Positions 1-13,031 of a stretch of 64,000 nt of DNA are shown piece by piece. The translations under genes and the position numbers were made by a program. Source of the stretch: Hydrolagus colliei (taxonomy: Eukaryota); assembly GCA_035084275.1 (NCBI GenBank), contig CM068750.1:8370001-8434000 (forward strand). Reading direction: 5' to 3'. Position 1 is the stretch's first letter. Each line of letters opens with the position of its first letter. The notes under the pieces are model-generated. The model saw only the letters and a list, made by a program, of their open reading frames with translations, was not told the DNA's origin and did not search any database.

Positions 1-562
1 ATTCTTTCAACTGCTGATACATGGATGAGAGCAGAATGTCACAGCCGTAGGTGGTTAAGAGTATCATGAGATTTCTTTCAAGCAATAAAGAGACCACATT
101 TGAAGAAGAGCTCATTACTCAAATGTGCAGTGCAGGAAATCTCTTGCATCAGAGATCCTGGGAAGATGTAATCACACATTTAAGTGTTGCTCTGTGTGTG
201 ACTGAGTTTGATTCTTGAGATCCTTACTGGGAGCGACCTTGTAATTTATGAATCCTCTGAGAACCAAGTGCAAATTCTAATGTCTGTCTGAATAAAATTT
301 TCTTTTAGAGCAAAATTTAGCTTATTATTGTTTTGAAGAGGCAGGATTTATTTCCAATTACTGCAAATTGATAAAACCATATCACATGCACACTGTATTT
401 CATTGCAGCTTTAAATTAGTCCAGAAAATTACGATTAATACACTAGAGTAAAATGTAAGCGGGTTTTCACATTTTAACTGCGTAGAAAGATAGTGAAGAA
501 AGTAGATATTCTCTTTTTAATAAAACGGTTGTTTAAATCCTATTGTGATGTTTTGCGTGTAG

Positions 563-638
563 CTCCATCAAAAGGTGGAAGGAAATGTAAAACTCTCTTA
601 AAGCGATCAACTGGAAGGAAATGTAAAGCTCTCTTAAA
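563..638 (+). pseudogene. gphn: Degenerate gephyrin C4b-like cassette exon (in-frame stops, internal duplication)
   Basis: Acceptor ttttgcgtgtAG at 561-562. Reads LHQKVEGNVKLS*SDQLEGNVK, then SLKVN in a shifted frame, resembling the recalled mammalian cassette LHRKLEELRDHLEGNVKGYSLRVN. Lies upstream of the C4c- and C4d-like exons, the expected order. Confidence 0.6.
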
Positions 639-1479
639 GTAAATATATGATTTTTATCGAGTGATGGTTTCCTTCCACTGGCTGAAATTGCCAGCTCACC
701 TGATTCTCATCCACCTGCCGCTCCTCCTTAATACTGGGGTTTCATTAGGATTGAGGCTGGAAACTGAGGATTATCCCTTAACAATGCATCGTAAATACAG
801 TATTGGTTATCCTCCCATGAAAGAAACAGTATCCATTTTGTCACTCTTCTTGGTATTGTTATGCAATCAAATCTACATTTCAGGAGAGTGCTGATCAGCA
901 ATCACTCATTTTCGTAAGTCGTCCCTTGTTAGGGTTGTAAACAGTGCTTACAGGTATTTGTAAAAGACTCGTAACAAAATTATCATCTGTCTGCGATCAG
1001 ATTTTGGGGGATTGTTGATAGAACTTTACCTCTAGTCAGTCGAGTTCCATATTTCACTTTCCAGAGACTGTTTGTTTTACCATACATTGAGTTAGTCAAT
1101 AATGACATTTGAGTGTAGAGATGGTCAAATAATGATCGTAACATCAAATTTCTATTTACTGTTTCCGAATGAAGTTGAAAATGTCGGAACTGTACTCTTT
1201 TGAAAAGAGTGCAAAAATATTTCAGTCACTCCACTTTGACCTACCCTTAACAAAAAGGATACTGGCTCTTTTGTATCCACATTGGACCCATACTGTGGCC
1301 TATCTAAAGTCATAGTCATAAATTTTAACTTAGCCATCAACTTCAATAGAGAAACTGCTAATGAAACCCCTGCCTTCTGCCTTAGAGCTGGAACTACCTC
1401 TGCAGAGAACCTCCTCAGTCCCTTACTTGCCACATCTTCTTCTTTAACCGTGTTTTCTTTTCCCTTGCTGCACAACCAG

Positions 1480-1521
1480 GCTGAGCTCTCTTCATGCACA
1501 CCTTCTTATTGTGCTACAGAG
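1480..1521 (+). CDS. gphn: Gephyrin alternative cassette exon, C4c-like (AELSSCTPSYCATE)
   Basis: 42 nt, phase 0/0, polypyrimidine tract + cAG acceptor, GAG|gtataa donor. 14 aa align without gaps to recalled mammalian ARLPSCSSTYSVSE (A, L, S, C, Y, E identical). Confidence 0.8.
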
Positions 1522-3478
1522 GTATAATGCACGTGTGTTTTGCATAATATGCACTGTGTTGCCTTGCGCCATGCTCTCCTGTGAGCACAGTACAGTATTT
1601 ACAATTCTGCATGCTACCTTTTATGGGGGGGTTTTTAGAGTAAAATCCAGAGTAAAGTGAGCAGTGTGGTAAGAACATGTGGGGAAGAGCAGAATGTAGT
1701 TTGTCAGATTTCTTTTTAAAACACATATTGATCAGTAAAATAACTTATCAGATTGTTAAAAAAATTGCGGCATTAAAGGCTTAACACTGGTTAAGGTACA
1801 GCTCTGCTGTGAGATAATGCCGTCTCTTAACGTGACTTCGGTAAGTACCTAAAGTGTTAGGAAAGATTTTGCTTTATACTAACAATAATAGCTGTTACCT
1901 TCCTTCTGCATCTATTTATTTTTCCTGGGGTATATGTCTGTGTAAAATAACAACCCAATTTCTTTATCTGATAGTTGTCTTTTCCAGTGGTGAGATAAAG
2001 AAAAAAAATAGGTTTAGGAGTTCCTCTCACTTTCTTCACTGTGGTTTAGTATATTTCAAAATTAACAGCCTAGTTTTCATGGGGCACAAGCCAACTAAAA
2101 CATGTCTGGGGGCCCTCTGAATGCCCTCTATATAGCAAAGTCCCTTTGAGTGCTGAAAGACTTGACCTGCTTTCAAAAGCTGACATAACGTTTTCTTTTG
2201 TGTAATATCTGCAAGATAATTTTTTTTGCATCTCTCTAATCGTGATTCAGGAAAGATGGAATTGGAGAAGTGTGCAGAGACACATATAGTTGCTCTATTT
2301 TTTTCCTGTCTTTCAAATTGTTGTTCAAGACATTTCATCTGTCCTGAATGGCAGGTACACAGAACTCAGCAAGCTTTCATACTGCAGCCAATTCCTCAAA
2401 GTGCTGACTGCAAGGGAAAGGGGGATATTATTAGTAATTCTGAGAATATGTTGGATTTTTGTCATTTTGTTTTGACTTACTCTCTCATGTTATGATTGTA
2501 ATGTTTCCTTCAGCAGTCAGCCAGTAAATAACTAACCTTGGTAAACAAGTGAATGCTATATTTACTACCCTGATACTTTTTTTTAACTTGCATTCTCAGA
2601 ATAATGACTTTTAATATACATATTGCAAATAAGGCTCAGTGGCATGAGAGGGTAAGGCAGAATTGAGATCCTGTGTGAATTGAACTTTGAGCAGTTTTCA
2701 TACTTTTAGATTTTTTTTTCTTCTTCTGATTTCCTTTAGTACAAATAGGAAATGATTCAAACCAAGTCGATTGGATTAAAAAATTTATATAAAGAGATAC
2801 ATTTGGAAAAATTCTAAATATCTTGATTTCATATGTGGACTAAAAACTCATTGCATTTTCACTTAGCATAAATACGATGGCATCAATAAGAAGCTCCTCC
2901 TTCAATCAGGTTTAGCACCTTTGGACATCCTCCCCACATGAAAGGTGATATACAAATGTAATTTGTTGTTGGTGGTGAAATGTTATTTTCTATTGCAATA
3001 TGAGAGCAAGTCTACGGGTGGCTATTTTCAATTTCATCTCTTCCCACTGTTGACAACAAGTGCAGTGCAATGTGTAGCACCATGCACTAACCTCTTATCC
3101 AGTTTATTTCCATGTTTCGCCCCATTTGCCTGATGGTTTATTTCTATAACTAGTAAATTATCGAGTTTCTTGGGGCACAGAACCTAGAGAGTCCAGAAGC
3201 CATGGATTGTGTGGGATCTAGGATTCTTAGAATTTAGTGCAGGATTAAATTACACTCTATCAGATTTTCTGAGTGAATTCTGTTCACCATTAAAAAGGGG
3301 AACAATGTTTTGCATTGTTATTTGAGCATTTTTGCAAACAGTGTGGACTAAAGGTTGAACATACAACAATCATTCATATTAAATGAGGGTATTATTTGAG
3401 TTTACAAGCCTGAAACAGTGTGTGTCTAACCTTTTTTGTTTTAAAACTGACAAAATAAGATTTTTATCCTAAGTTTTA

Positions 3479-3910
3479 GGTGTCAGCCTAGTTCACTTGG
3501 TAACTTTCTCATCTCTGAGTTGAAAGATTGTAGGTTCAAGCCCCTTGATTGGATTTTGAACTTGCATTCTAAAGTGTCCCTCCAGTGTAATGCTGTGCAT
3601 TCATTGCACTATTGAACGTGTACTTCAGATGAGATGTTAAACTGAGGTCCCATCTGCCTGTTCAGAAGGATGTTAAAGATACTATGGCACAACTTGAGAA
3701 GGGAATGGAGTTTCTCTCGGAACCCTTACAAACAATCCCCCAGATAAAATTACTTGATACCTTTTTGTGGCATACAGCTGTGCGAAAATTGAGGGCAAAT
3801 TGAGGGTCAATATGTTAAATATTGTCACTACATTTTACAAGAAATCCTGTGATGTGCTTTGAGATGCCCTATTGACATGGAAGGTGCTATACCAAATGTA
3901 AGGATCGTTA
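3479..3910 (+). mobile_element. Old near-full-length Deu-domain tRNA-SINE (SacSINE1/AmnSINE1-like)
   Basis: tRNA-like head (gtaggttcaagccc), Deu-like core ttcagatgagatgttaaactgaggtcccatctgcc...aaagatactatggcac, LINE-like tail gaaggtgctatac.aaatgtaagg. Confidence 0.75.
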
Positions 3911-4882
3911 TAATATTCTTGTTGTTATAAACTATATAAAGGACTTTCTCAATGTAATTTTTATCAAAAAAATTGTATTCTATTCACATGGTCACAATGG
4001 TAATTAAATGAGCAATAATTTTTGTGTGAAGATTGTCATTAAAAACAGGGGGCTGTTACAGAATATTTTGTTGGAAAAAGATATTCAACGTTGGATGTAG
4101 ATGTTAAATATCAAAACTGTTTATTTTTGTCTGACTTAATCTTGCAGACTTCCTATAAAGTATCTACCACAGCAAGTGCTTGAATACCCAATTCCTGTAA
4201 CGTTACTGCTCAGCTTCACACAGGCATGTCTGCTGATTTCAACACATCAACAACAACAAAATTACATTTATAGAGCACTTTTCACGTCGGGAAGACGTCC
4301 CAAGTCACACATAATTGACCTGAGGGAAACTTACTGCACCAGTGTTGCTTAACCTGAGCAAAAAGTGATGCTTAATCAACTCATGAATTCACCTTGATTG
4401 GCCTTGAACACATCATGCAAAACAGACATGGGTGATCAATGGGGGATATAATTTCTACATGAATAAATAGGAGCGAATAATCCAGTTCATTTTCCAGAAA
4501 AAGATTGGACTGATCAACTGATCCTAATTTATTTGTCTTGGACTATTTGAGAACGAGGACCGCACGCAAAGGGAGCAAGCTTGGTCAGATTACCTAATTA
4601 AATGCTGAGTCGCACAAAAGTAGATTAAAATGTAAACATCAATCAATCAATCAAAACTTACATTTATATACGTTGATCCATCCATATTGGACCTGATTGT
4701 AAATTTACCCCACATAGAGCTCAGGTGTACAAAAAAAGCAAATCAAGTACATCATGATCAACAGTATACAAATCAAAACAGAATTAAAATCTATTCCAAA
4801 ATAAAAGTTATCCTCTGTCAAATAGTCTTGTTACATGTTGGTAACAAGCTGAGTTCAGTACTCTGAGATGCTACCCCCACAT

Positions 4883-5075
4883 GAACAAACAAACAAAACT
4901 TACATTTATATAGCGCCTTTCACGTCGAGAGGACATCCCAAGGCGCTGTACAGTCAGGTAGGACAAGAGCAGGGTGGGAAGGCTCAGGGCAGGATGAAGA
5001 ATAGTAGGAAAAGTAACTGTATTAGTGGGCGAAACGCGGCAGCCAAATTGCGCACAGCAGTGTCCCACAATCAGT
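4883..5075 (-). mobile_element. SINE core + L2-type tail
   Basis: tagcgcctttcacgtc...gtgggcgaaacgcggcagccaaattgcgcacagcagtgtcccaca. Confidence 0.8.
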
Positions 5076-8000
5076 CGAGTCTTATGTAAATGCAAGTTGA
5101 TGTTATTGTTGTCACTCTTTTTTACATTTTGACAATGTTTGAAGCTAGACAGCGTGCTGGTCTCCGGTAGTGAAGGTAGCTAGTTGCCATTTTGTAATTT
5201 ACCCTTGTGTTACAAATACAAAATACCAAGCTTTTGAATTTGTATTGAATATTCATAAGAACAAAACTACACCCATTAGTACAGTCATGTAGTTAATGCC
5301 ACAGGTTAGGTTTCCAAAGTGAACACTAGCTCAAGCAGAATTTGTTATTGTGCTGAATAAAAATTAAGTAGATATTTGCATTTTGTTATACTTTTAGTTA
5401 AAACTATGAAATGGGGGAGAAAAATGTCAATTTAATGTTGGTCCTTCATTGATGCATCCATAAGGAATTATGCAAGTTTTCATAGAAATGATAGCAATTC
5501 TTTTTGAAAGATTTTAATTATTTCCATTGTGGATCTCTGTTGTAAGTTAAGTACCTCATCAAGAGTGTTACAGGTTTATTCACTACAAGACAATTATGAA
5601 ATTCACCAAAATATATGTGATTGGAAATGCTCCAGGAATGTATTGAAATAAAGAATGTGGAGGTGTGGAACAAAGGTCATTCATGAAAAAAAAGCAAAAA
5701 AAATTGCATGTGGGAAGAAAAGCAGTGTGCAAAAAAATAACAGCACCTATTACCTGTATCTTCAATAGGGATGCACGTTTCATATTCACAGTGTTGATAT
5801 TGTATTGTGTTGGTCCAAGGGCTTGTTCAGATACAAAGCTAACTATTGTAAAGTATACTGGCTTGAAAGGTAAACACAATTTAGTTGCAACCAACGTTTT
5901 TTTTAATTTGTATACTGTATTTGTATTTAAAAGATCATGACAAACCAGAAGTATTAATTTATTTAAATTTGAAACTGTGTCTTTGTTGCAATTAGTTCAG
6001 AACAGATAGCCAACTTAAATTTACCTATATACTATATTACATAGTATGAGTATTTTGAGGATAACATCACAAGTTGTCAACAATGTCATGGCCTCTACCA
6101 AGGCTGCTTTTCACCCAGCTAATTAAAAAAAAGGAAGGAGAGTGCTTAACTACAGCATAGTGTGGGATATTGTTTGGCCTCCTCTCAGTCACTCTATTGA
6201 CTTCGTAAGCTTCACTATTTCCTTTGATCTCAAATGAAATTCTCAAATGTCTTTCACTTGTAAAGATACACGCAATGCACTCCGTTTTGTCTTTTACATT
6301 ATTTCCATTTATTTCCTCCTCAATGACTGTTCACTCTTTATAAGGTTTATGTTCGTTCAAGGCTTAATTATCTTGCTGCCATATCTTGTGAGCTTTTTTT
6401 TCCCTCACTCTTTGCACTCTTAGACATAATAGAAGAAGAGGCTTCTATTCTGAAAGTTAATCCTTCCTCTCCCTCCATGTCCGTCCTTTCTTTCCATGTC
6501 ATAATGTTCCTTGGCTCTCAATTTACGACGATGATTTGGGTATTGCGCATCTGAATTCATTGCACTTTTCTTATTACTGCCTACCTTTCGATGCATCCTC
6601 CTACACATTTTTGATTTCCCCTGCATCCTTACTGATTGAGTAATGGTTTGCAGTCAACCATCAAGATGATTAGACTGAAGAATTAAGTTCCTGATTTTAA
6701 TTTAACTGGTACAGTGGAATCTGTCTGTTGCAGACTCTCAAGGGGTTGGCTCTGAATGCTCATTCAACACAGATGACCAATTTATTAAAGTTGTCAATTT
6801 GCAAACTTCAAATCCAATGCTAAATCCTACCTCAGATAACACCATTCATTTTTGTCAGTTTTCAAAACATCCAAAGTAGATTACAGACTTCTTATTCAAG
6901 ATGCTGTCAGATTCATCATAAAAAGACCTGTTCGTGGGAAGAAGTATGGAAATATGTCACTGCTTTTGTTACTTCCAGTAAACCAAGATTTAGAAACCTC
7001 TGAGACTTGCAAACTGGCCAATGTCAGATGTAGATGAATGAAGTTGCGGTAAATAAAGTAGCTTTTGCACATTATTATTGTTTTGAAATGGACCAAACTT
7101 TGCAACAACATAAATGTTTTATCCAGAAGCATATAGTTCCCACTGATGTTGGGCGGGCTGCTCATGTAAATGCTAGTTATGCTCCTAATTGGGAGTGGGA
7201 CAGATTGAGTAGCAGTAACTCAGAGTGCACAGGTGACTAATATAAAGAGGATAATTCCTGTGAAAGAACATTGCCTGGGACCACAATTGTTGCTTCAAAC
7301 CGACCGACTCTAATTTCTACTCATCCATTTTTTGCTCTGCGGGGCAAGTGGGAAGTACGGAATGCTTTTTCTCCTCTTTGGCTGTGCCTTCGGTCATCTT
7401 CCCACCTTCCACGCATCTTGTAGTTCCAACCTCCATCTCTGGTGCAAACACTTGACTGTCCAGAGCCTTAGGGTCTCTTTCCAAACTAAAATGCGCTGTA
7501 TAAATATAATTTGTTGTTGATGTTGTTGTATCTGTTAAAGTACTTGCAATGAATGCTTCTGCGCTTTAACTACATAAAATGCAACTCTTAAGAGAAGAGT
7601 ATTGATCCTTCTCTATGATGCTTGATTCTTAGTATCATTTGTAAATATGCAGTTTGTCTAAATTAAAGACATACCCTGCCTCGGATAACACAATTGATTT
7701 TTGCCGGTCAGTTTTTAAAAAAATCTTGACTACTCAAACTTCTTGTTATAGACTTCCAATTCAAGATGCTTTCTTGGCAGGTTATTTGGAGTAAGAAGAT
7801 ATCCTTCGGTTCAGAGAAACAAATATAGAAATATTTCACTGCTTTTGTCAGCCCGATTAAACAAGATTTCAAACCTTTGACAGAGATGTTTCAGAAAGAA
7901 AACACTCATTTTCTTCAGTGCTTGCTTTTAAGTATTCTCCATTGACCAAGAGCATGTGTTTCCTTTCGATTGCTTTCAACTACTGTGGGGCAGTGTCCCC

Positions 8001-10449
8001 AGTGTCCATCCCCAAACAGTTTACCAAAATTTCATATTTATGAGTTCAGAGATTGTGTACAATTGAAACTGCAGATGATTGATGGGCAGTTTTGTGTCTG
8101 TGTTTGCTCCTCCAAGAAGCCATCCATCGTAATCCCAATTCCTTGTTCTTTCCCTGTACTCTCTGTCACCTTCCTCTCAATGTGCTTGTTCAATTCTTGA
8201 CACTTCAATTAATTTCTATCTTTAGTGGGTTAAAAATACTGCACCCCTTGCACAAAAGAACTGTACATCCATCAGCAGCAGAGAAGATGAGAAGAGCAAT
8301 TGGAAATTCTTTTATTTTAATGTATCATCAGTAATATCCACTTGAGCTTGTCAGTCTATCGTTCAGATTAATTGTTTCATTCACCATCTAAACGTTGTGA
8401 AGTTTATATTTAGTTTTCCTTGACTCTCTGCAAATTACGTCATTGGGCATTGCATAAAATATTTAGAAGAGCAGCATATATATACAGTACATACATATTA
8501 AATATATATTTAAGCCACATTTCCGTAAACCTGCATTTGCTTATAGATGTGCCCTGGAGCTGCCTATTTTTGCTCCCTATTAGTATATGCAGCCTTCTGC
8601 ACAGTGTGTTGTCTGAGATGGTGGTGAAAATGTCCACTTGAAAAACTGTGTTTGTTTGCTTGATATGTATCATCCCCCCAAAAAAATTCTGAATGTATGA
8701 ACCTATCTACGATTGCCTAAGTATAGTGCTTTTCATTATACAGTAGTTACCTGCTTCTGCCCCATCTAATCAGTGTTCATGTGCCTGTATTCCCTTTGGG
8801 AACAGTTTCCAAATAAAAAATTCATGCTTGCCAGATCATTAAGACCTTATACAACTGAAGTTTTGTTCAACTAAATCATGTTCGGTCTGGTGTAAGCTGA
8901 ATACTCTCAACTCTCCTCTGAATTAAGGCAAAACAAAGTAACTGGCAAAGTTTTTAAAAATCTGAATGGTACAGATTCAATGTTATGTAATTAGTAACAA
9001 TTCTATCTTTCTTTGTAGAAATGTCCTCTGTCATGTTAAAGAACTTGCTCTTTAACTAAACTAAAGATCAAATTATTTTGGTCTCTCTGCATGCTCCCAA
9101 AATAAGCCTTTTTAAAAAAAGAAACAGCGTTTTGGGATTTATTTGGTTTTTTTCCAAAGATAAAATGTCACATCTGTTTTTAGCTTTAAAATAACTGGAG
9201 CATAGATTTAAACTGCTAGTAGGGTGCATGACATATTTTAGTTAGGACCTATGATCTAGAATACACAGTTATCGTTCATTATGTTCATTGGGTATTAAAT
9301 AAGGAGACGTTTTTATAGATAATGAATTGGAACTTGGTGGAAAGACACTAAAATAAGACTAGGTGTTTCCTTGGAGTAAGGGATATGAGTCATCTTGGTC
9401 CATTCTCAAACATCTATCAGTGATCAATTTCAGAACACTATTAATCAAAAAAACATTTCTTCATGCAAAGGTTTTGTGTGAATTTGGAATCCACTGTGTC
9501 AGCTTGCCACAGATGGCGAAATTGGGATCTTAACAAGGACACATGCCAAATTTAGTTTACCGGTTCATGATTGCATTTGGCACTATGTCAATTTGCACCA
9601 TAGTAAGCTTGCATTTTGTGAGAAATTTTATTATTTCATTTTGTTAAATATTAGAACTGTTTATGTATTTCCATTTTCCTATAGTAATCCTGGTACTAGA
9701 CCAGGTGCAGAATCAAAAGACAAAGGTTCTGCAGTTGTTTGAGGTTTTCCTGCCAGCTGATATCCCTGTTTTCTAAACCATCACTGTGATGCCGGGCAGG
9801 TTTGGTTCCCATCATTGTGATTCCTTCAATGTCTGGTGCTTTGTGCTCTGTGAACAAGTCTTGACAAATGTGAGCATTGATTTTTTTTGGTCACCTTCAA
9901 CACAGTCAAAACCCCCTACACTATGCTTTAAGAGTACTGTATTCAGACTGGACAGAGGTAGTAGCTCTTAAATATGACTTATGAGTTTCCTCATGTGTCA
10001 AGAACCCCAGCTGACCCAAAAAAATCCAGTGTAATTTCTTTAGTTATAAGGCAGCTTGCGCTCTGTGGACAAGTGACTACAAACAGGCCACCCACGCACT
10101 GGGCAGCTCCATGGTACCTATTTTGATAGAGACACATGGAGTGTGAGAAAATGGAGAGACAGAAAAAAATTCAGCAAAATAAACAAAGCGACGTTAAGCT
10201 TAAAATGTGTGGAAAGTATTCTCACGCAGAAGGAACTAAAAGCCGAGGATAAGGGGAGAGGAGAAAAAAACAAAATATTTGTTTTCCCCTGTGATGGTTT
10301 TCCTGGATATGCACACTTTGAATTGGAGTATCTTTACAGTTCAATCTTGGGGAGTGTTCATACTGTGTATTTGTGTGTATCAACAGGACAGCCACCAAAG
10401 GAATGGAGGAAGCGTCAGATTATAATAATATTGCTCAGAAATATATACA

Positions 10450-10725
10450 TCAACAACAACAATAAAATTACATTTGTATAGCGCCTTTTACATCAGGTGG
10501 ATGTCCCAAAGCACTGAACAATCAGGTCGGGACCAGAGCATGGGGAGAGGGATCGGGGTAGGGGGAAGGAGAGTAGGAGAATTGACTGAATATTTCTGGG
10601 CAAAATGCAGCAGCCAATTGCAGTCAATTCACTTTACAGTACAGTTCTGTGAAGCGCTTTGAGACGTCTAGAAGACATGAAAAGCGCTGTATCAAATGCA
10701 AGGATTGTTATGATGATTATTATTA
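10450..10725. mobile_element. Back-to-back SINE fragments in opposite orientations
   Basis: Minus-strand tail/core at 10450-10620 joined directly to a plus-strand tail at 10621-10725. Confidence 0.75.
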
Positions 10726-12220
10726 CCCCTAAAAATATTTAATTTGTTCATGCATCTCCTATGAAAATTAATGTGGGCTTTCCTCCAATGTCTGGTGCTC
10801 TGTGCTGACAAATGTGAGCAAGTGCTGACAATTGTGACTCCATTTTAAAATTTCACTTTAAAACTTTAAAAAGGAATCCGCTTCACTGGCACACTTCACG
10901 AATCTCGCCAGGCACATCAGTGTAATGGGTCGTTATCTTAATGAATATAGTCACGGCGTTGCAAACCATTCAATCTGCACTTGATAACTCTGTTACACGT
11001 TGCCTTTCAATGTGGGCCGGGGAGGGAGGAAATATGTTGGTGCTGTCAGGGATGGAAACCCTTAAATTGAATGAGGCATCATTTTTAAAATAATTTCAGA
11101 AATGTGTCACAGTTTCTTTTTTGAACTGTACGTTTTTTTCTCTCAATTTTTCACTTTTCACTTTTCCGTGCCTCAGTACCCCGTTTCTTCCAATTGTAGT
11201 TTTATTGTTGTTTTCCTGGCACCATTAATCTTTTCGATCCATGGTATCTGCTTCAATTTCACCATATCAAGCATACAGAGGCCTTTGCACTAAATAATGC
11301 TGTTAAGGGCTGTGATGATGAATGAAAGGGAGCTAAAACAGAAAAGGTTCAGTGTAAAACAACATCATTCTCCGTCACCAGTTCATTGAAAAGTCTGTGT
11401 TTTCTTTGTCCTGGAATCCATTTGTACTAATTCCCATCCATCCCACCAGACTTCGATGCCAACAACAGATTACAAGGCAGTTCAATTACATTCATTTTTC
11501 ATTCAGTGTCAAGTTGCTTTTTCTATCGATCCTCCTTTATTTTTTTTTGTGTATCTGAAAGAATCTTCCATAGTATATTTCTAGCCAAGCAAAAAAATGT
11601 ATGTATGTTTCTGGTAACTTGAGTCAATCCCAAAGATCCTCCTGGAAAGATTTTCATTATTTCTTAAAGGAGATGTCAACCTGAATTTATTCCAAGCTGC
11701 GGGATGTGGGGTGGTGGGGAATAGAACCTGCAGAATTGTCAATTACCATATCCTGATGGGTTGAAAGAAAGTGAGAGGGACACTGACCTATCAACTTAGG
11801 CATGTTTTTTTAATTTAGAAAATACATTAGTGATCAATAAAATTCTAATTGTTTATCTGTGTAGGATTATGGTTGGGATGGGGGGGCATAGCATGCAGTA
11901 AATTGCTATTTGCTTTATGTTAGTTTATTTTTGTTTCCGTTCTGTGCTAATGGCCCTGTTTGCTTGAATCAGTAAGCAGTTCCTGCCTGCTTTTTTGTCC
12001 CAGTCTTTTGAGTCTTGTGTGCGGGTTATTGCTGGTGGTTCCATAATTTGCATGTAATTTTTAGTGTGTTGGTAGCAAGTGTGTTGAAAAAATGTATAAG
12101 GCCAAACCTATAATAAACCTCTCATTAGTTTTGTTTACGTATCTCATTTCTTAAAGGAATTTATTAGATTTCTGAGCTTCTCTATTCATTATAAATCTTT
12201 TGTTTTTGTTTACGCATTAG

Positions 12221-12283
12221 CTCCACCATAGGTTGGAAGGGCTTAAAGATGAACTCAGAAGGCATAGAGGATACAACTCGCGA
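12221..12283 (+). CDS. gphn: Gephyrin alternative cassette exon, C4d-like (LHHRLEGLKDELRRHRGYNSR)
   Basis: 63 nt, phase 0/0, tAG acceptor, CGA|gtaact donor. Closely matches recalled mammalian cassette LHSRLEGLKDELWRNRGY(N/D)LR. Confidence 0.85.
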
Positions 12284-12988
12284 GTAACTATTACTGATCA
12301 AAGGAGCTGTTACCATTCGCAAACTTTGCTTTGCGCTATGAGTTTCAGCTCCTTGCTACTCTATCTATGTGAAGATTCTTGACTGTCTGTTTCTTCCACC
12401 TTAACACTGTCCACTAGTCTGCGCCTTTAGCATTTGTCTTAGAATCTTTCAGCTTTTGATTCATTTTCTCATTTAGAGCCTCCTAATTCATAAATGGTGT
12501 AATTCCTGGTGTTATTCTGTGTCTGGTTGAGTGTGTGTGTGTACATGTATTTTTTTCTTTAATTTCTAAAGAGTAATGATGGCACCAGACACACAAGCCC
12601 TTCTACATGGATTAGTTTATTGCAACATGCCATGTTCATTTCTGATGACCTTTTCTCCCCATGCAGTTTTCATGGCTACTTGTGCTCAACAGATCAGCCG
12701 CGCCTCAATTGCAACTTTTCTTTGAGCTGCTGTGTTTTGTCTTAATAACCTTTGCTCTTCATTTTGATGGTTTTAAAAAAAAATTCGCACATTTGCAGTT
12801 TATATTCTAGGATGAAGAATCATAAGCTATCCTCATTGTGGCATCCTTGCACAAAATGATCATTTCATCGTGGTAATCCAGCTTTGTTCATCATGATCTT
12901 TTCTTCTGTAGAGCTCGCTGCATGTCTGTACTTATCTGAGCCTGGCAGTGCCTATTGTAGACTTAACTATAATTCATTCTCTTTGCAG

Positions 12989-13031
12989 GTCCAGTCAAGA
13001 TGCAGCAGCAAAGAAAATATTCTGAGAGCCA
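12989..13031 (+). CDS. gphn: Gephyrin exon VQSRCSSKENILRA(S)
   Basis: ttgcAG acceptor, A|gtgagt donor, 43 nt; matches the gephyrin linker sequence. Confidence 0.96.

Noticed and set aside
1-170. Possible C4a cassette (QIRRPDESKG...) remnants: MDESR at 21-35 and AG|ca ata aag aga cca at about 83
   Set aside because: Only 3-4 residue matches, needing frameshifts; no coherent exon.
12690-12960. Extra gphn cassette exons at AG sites 12692 and 12911
   Set aside because: No convincing donor and no match to known cassettes.
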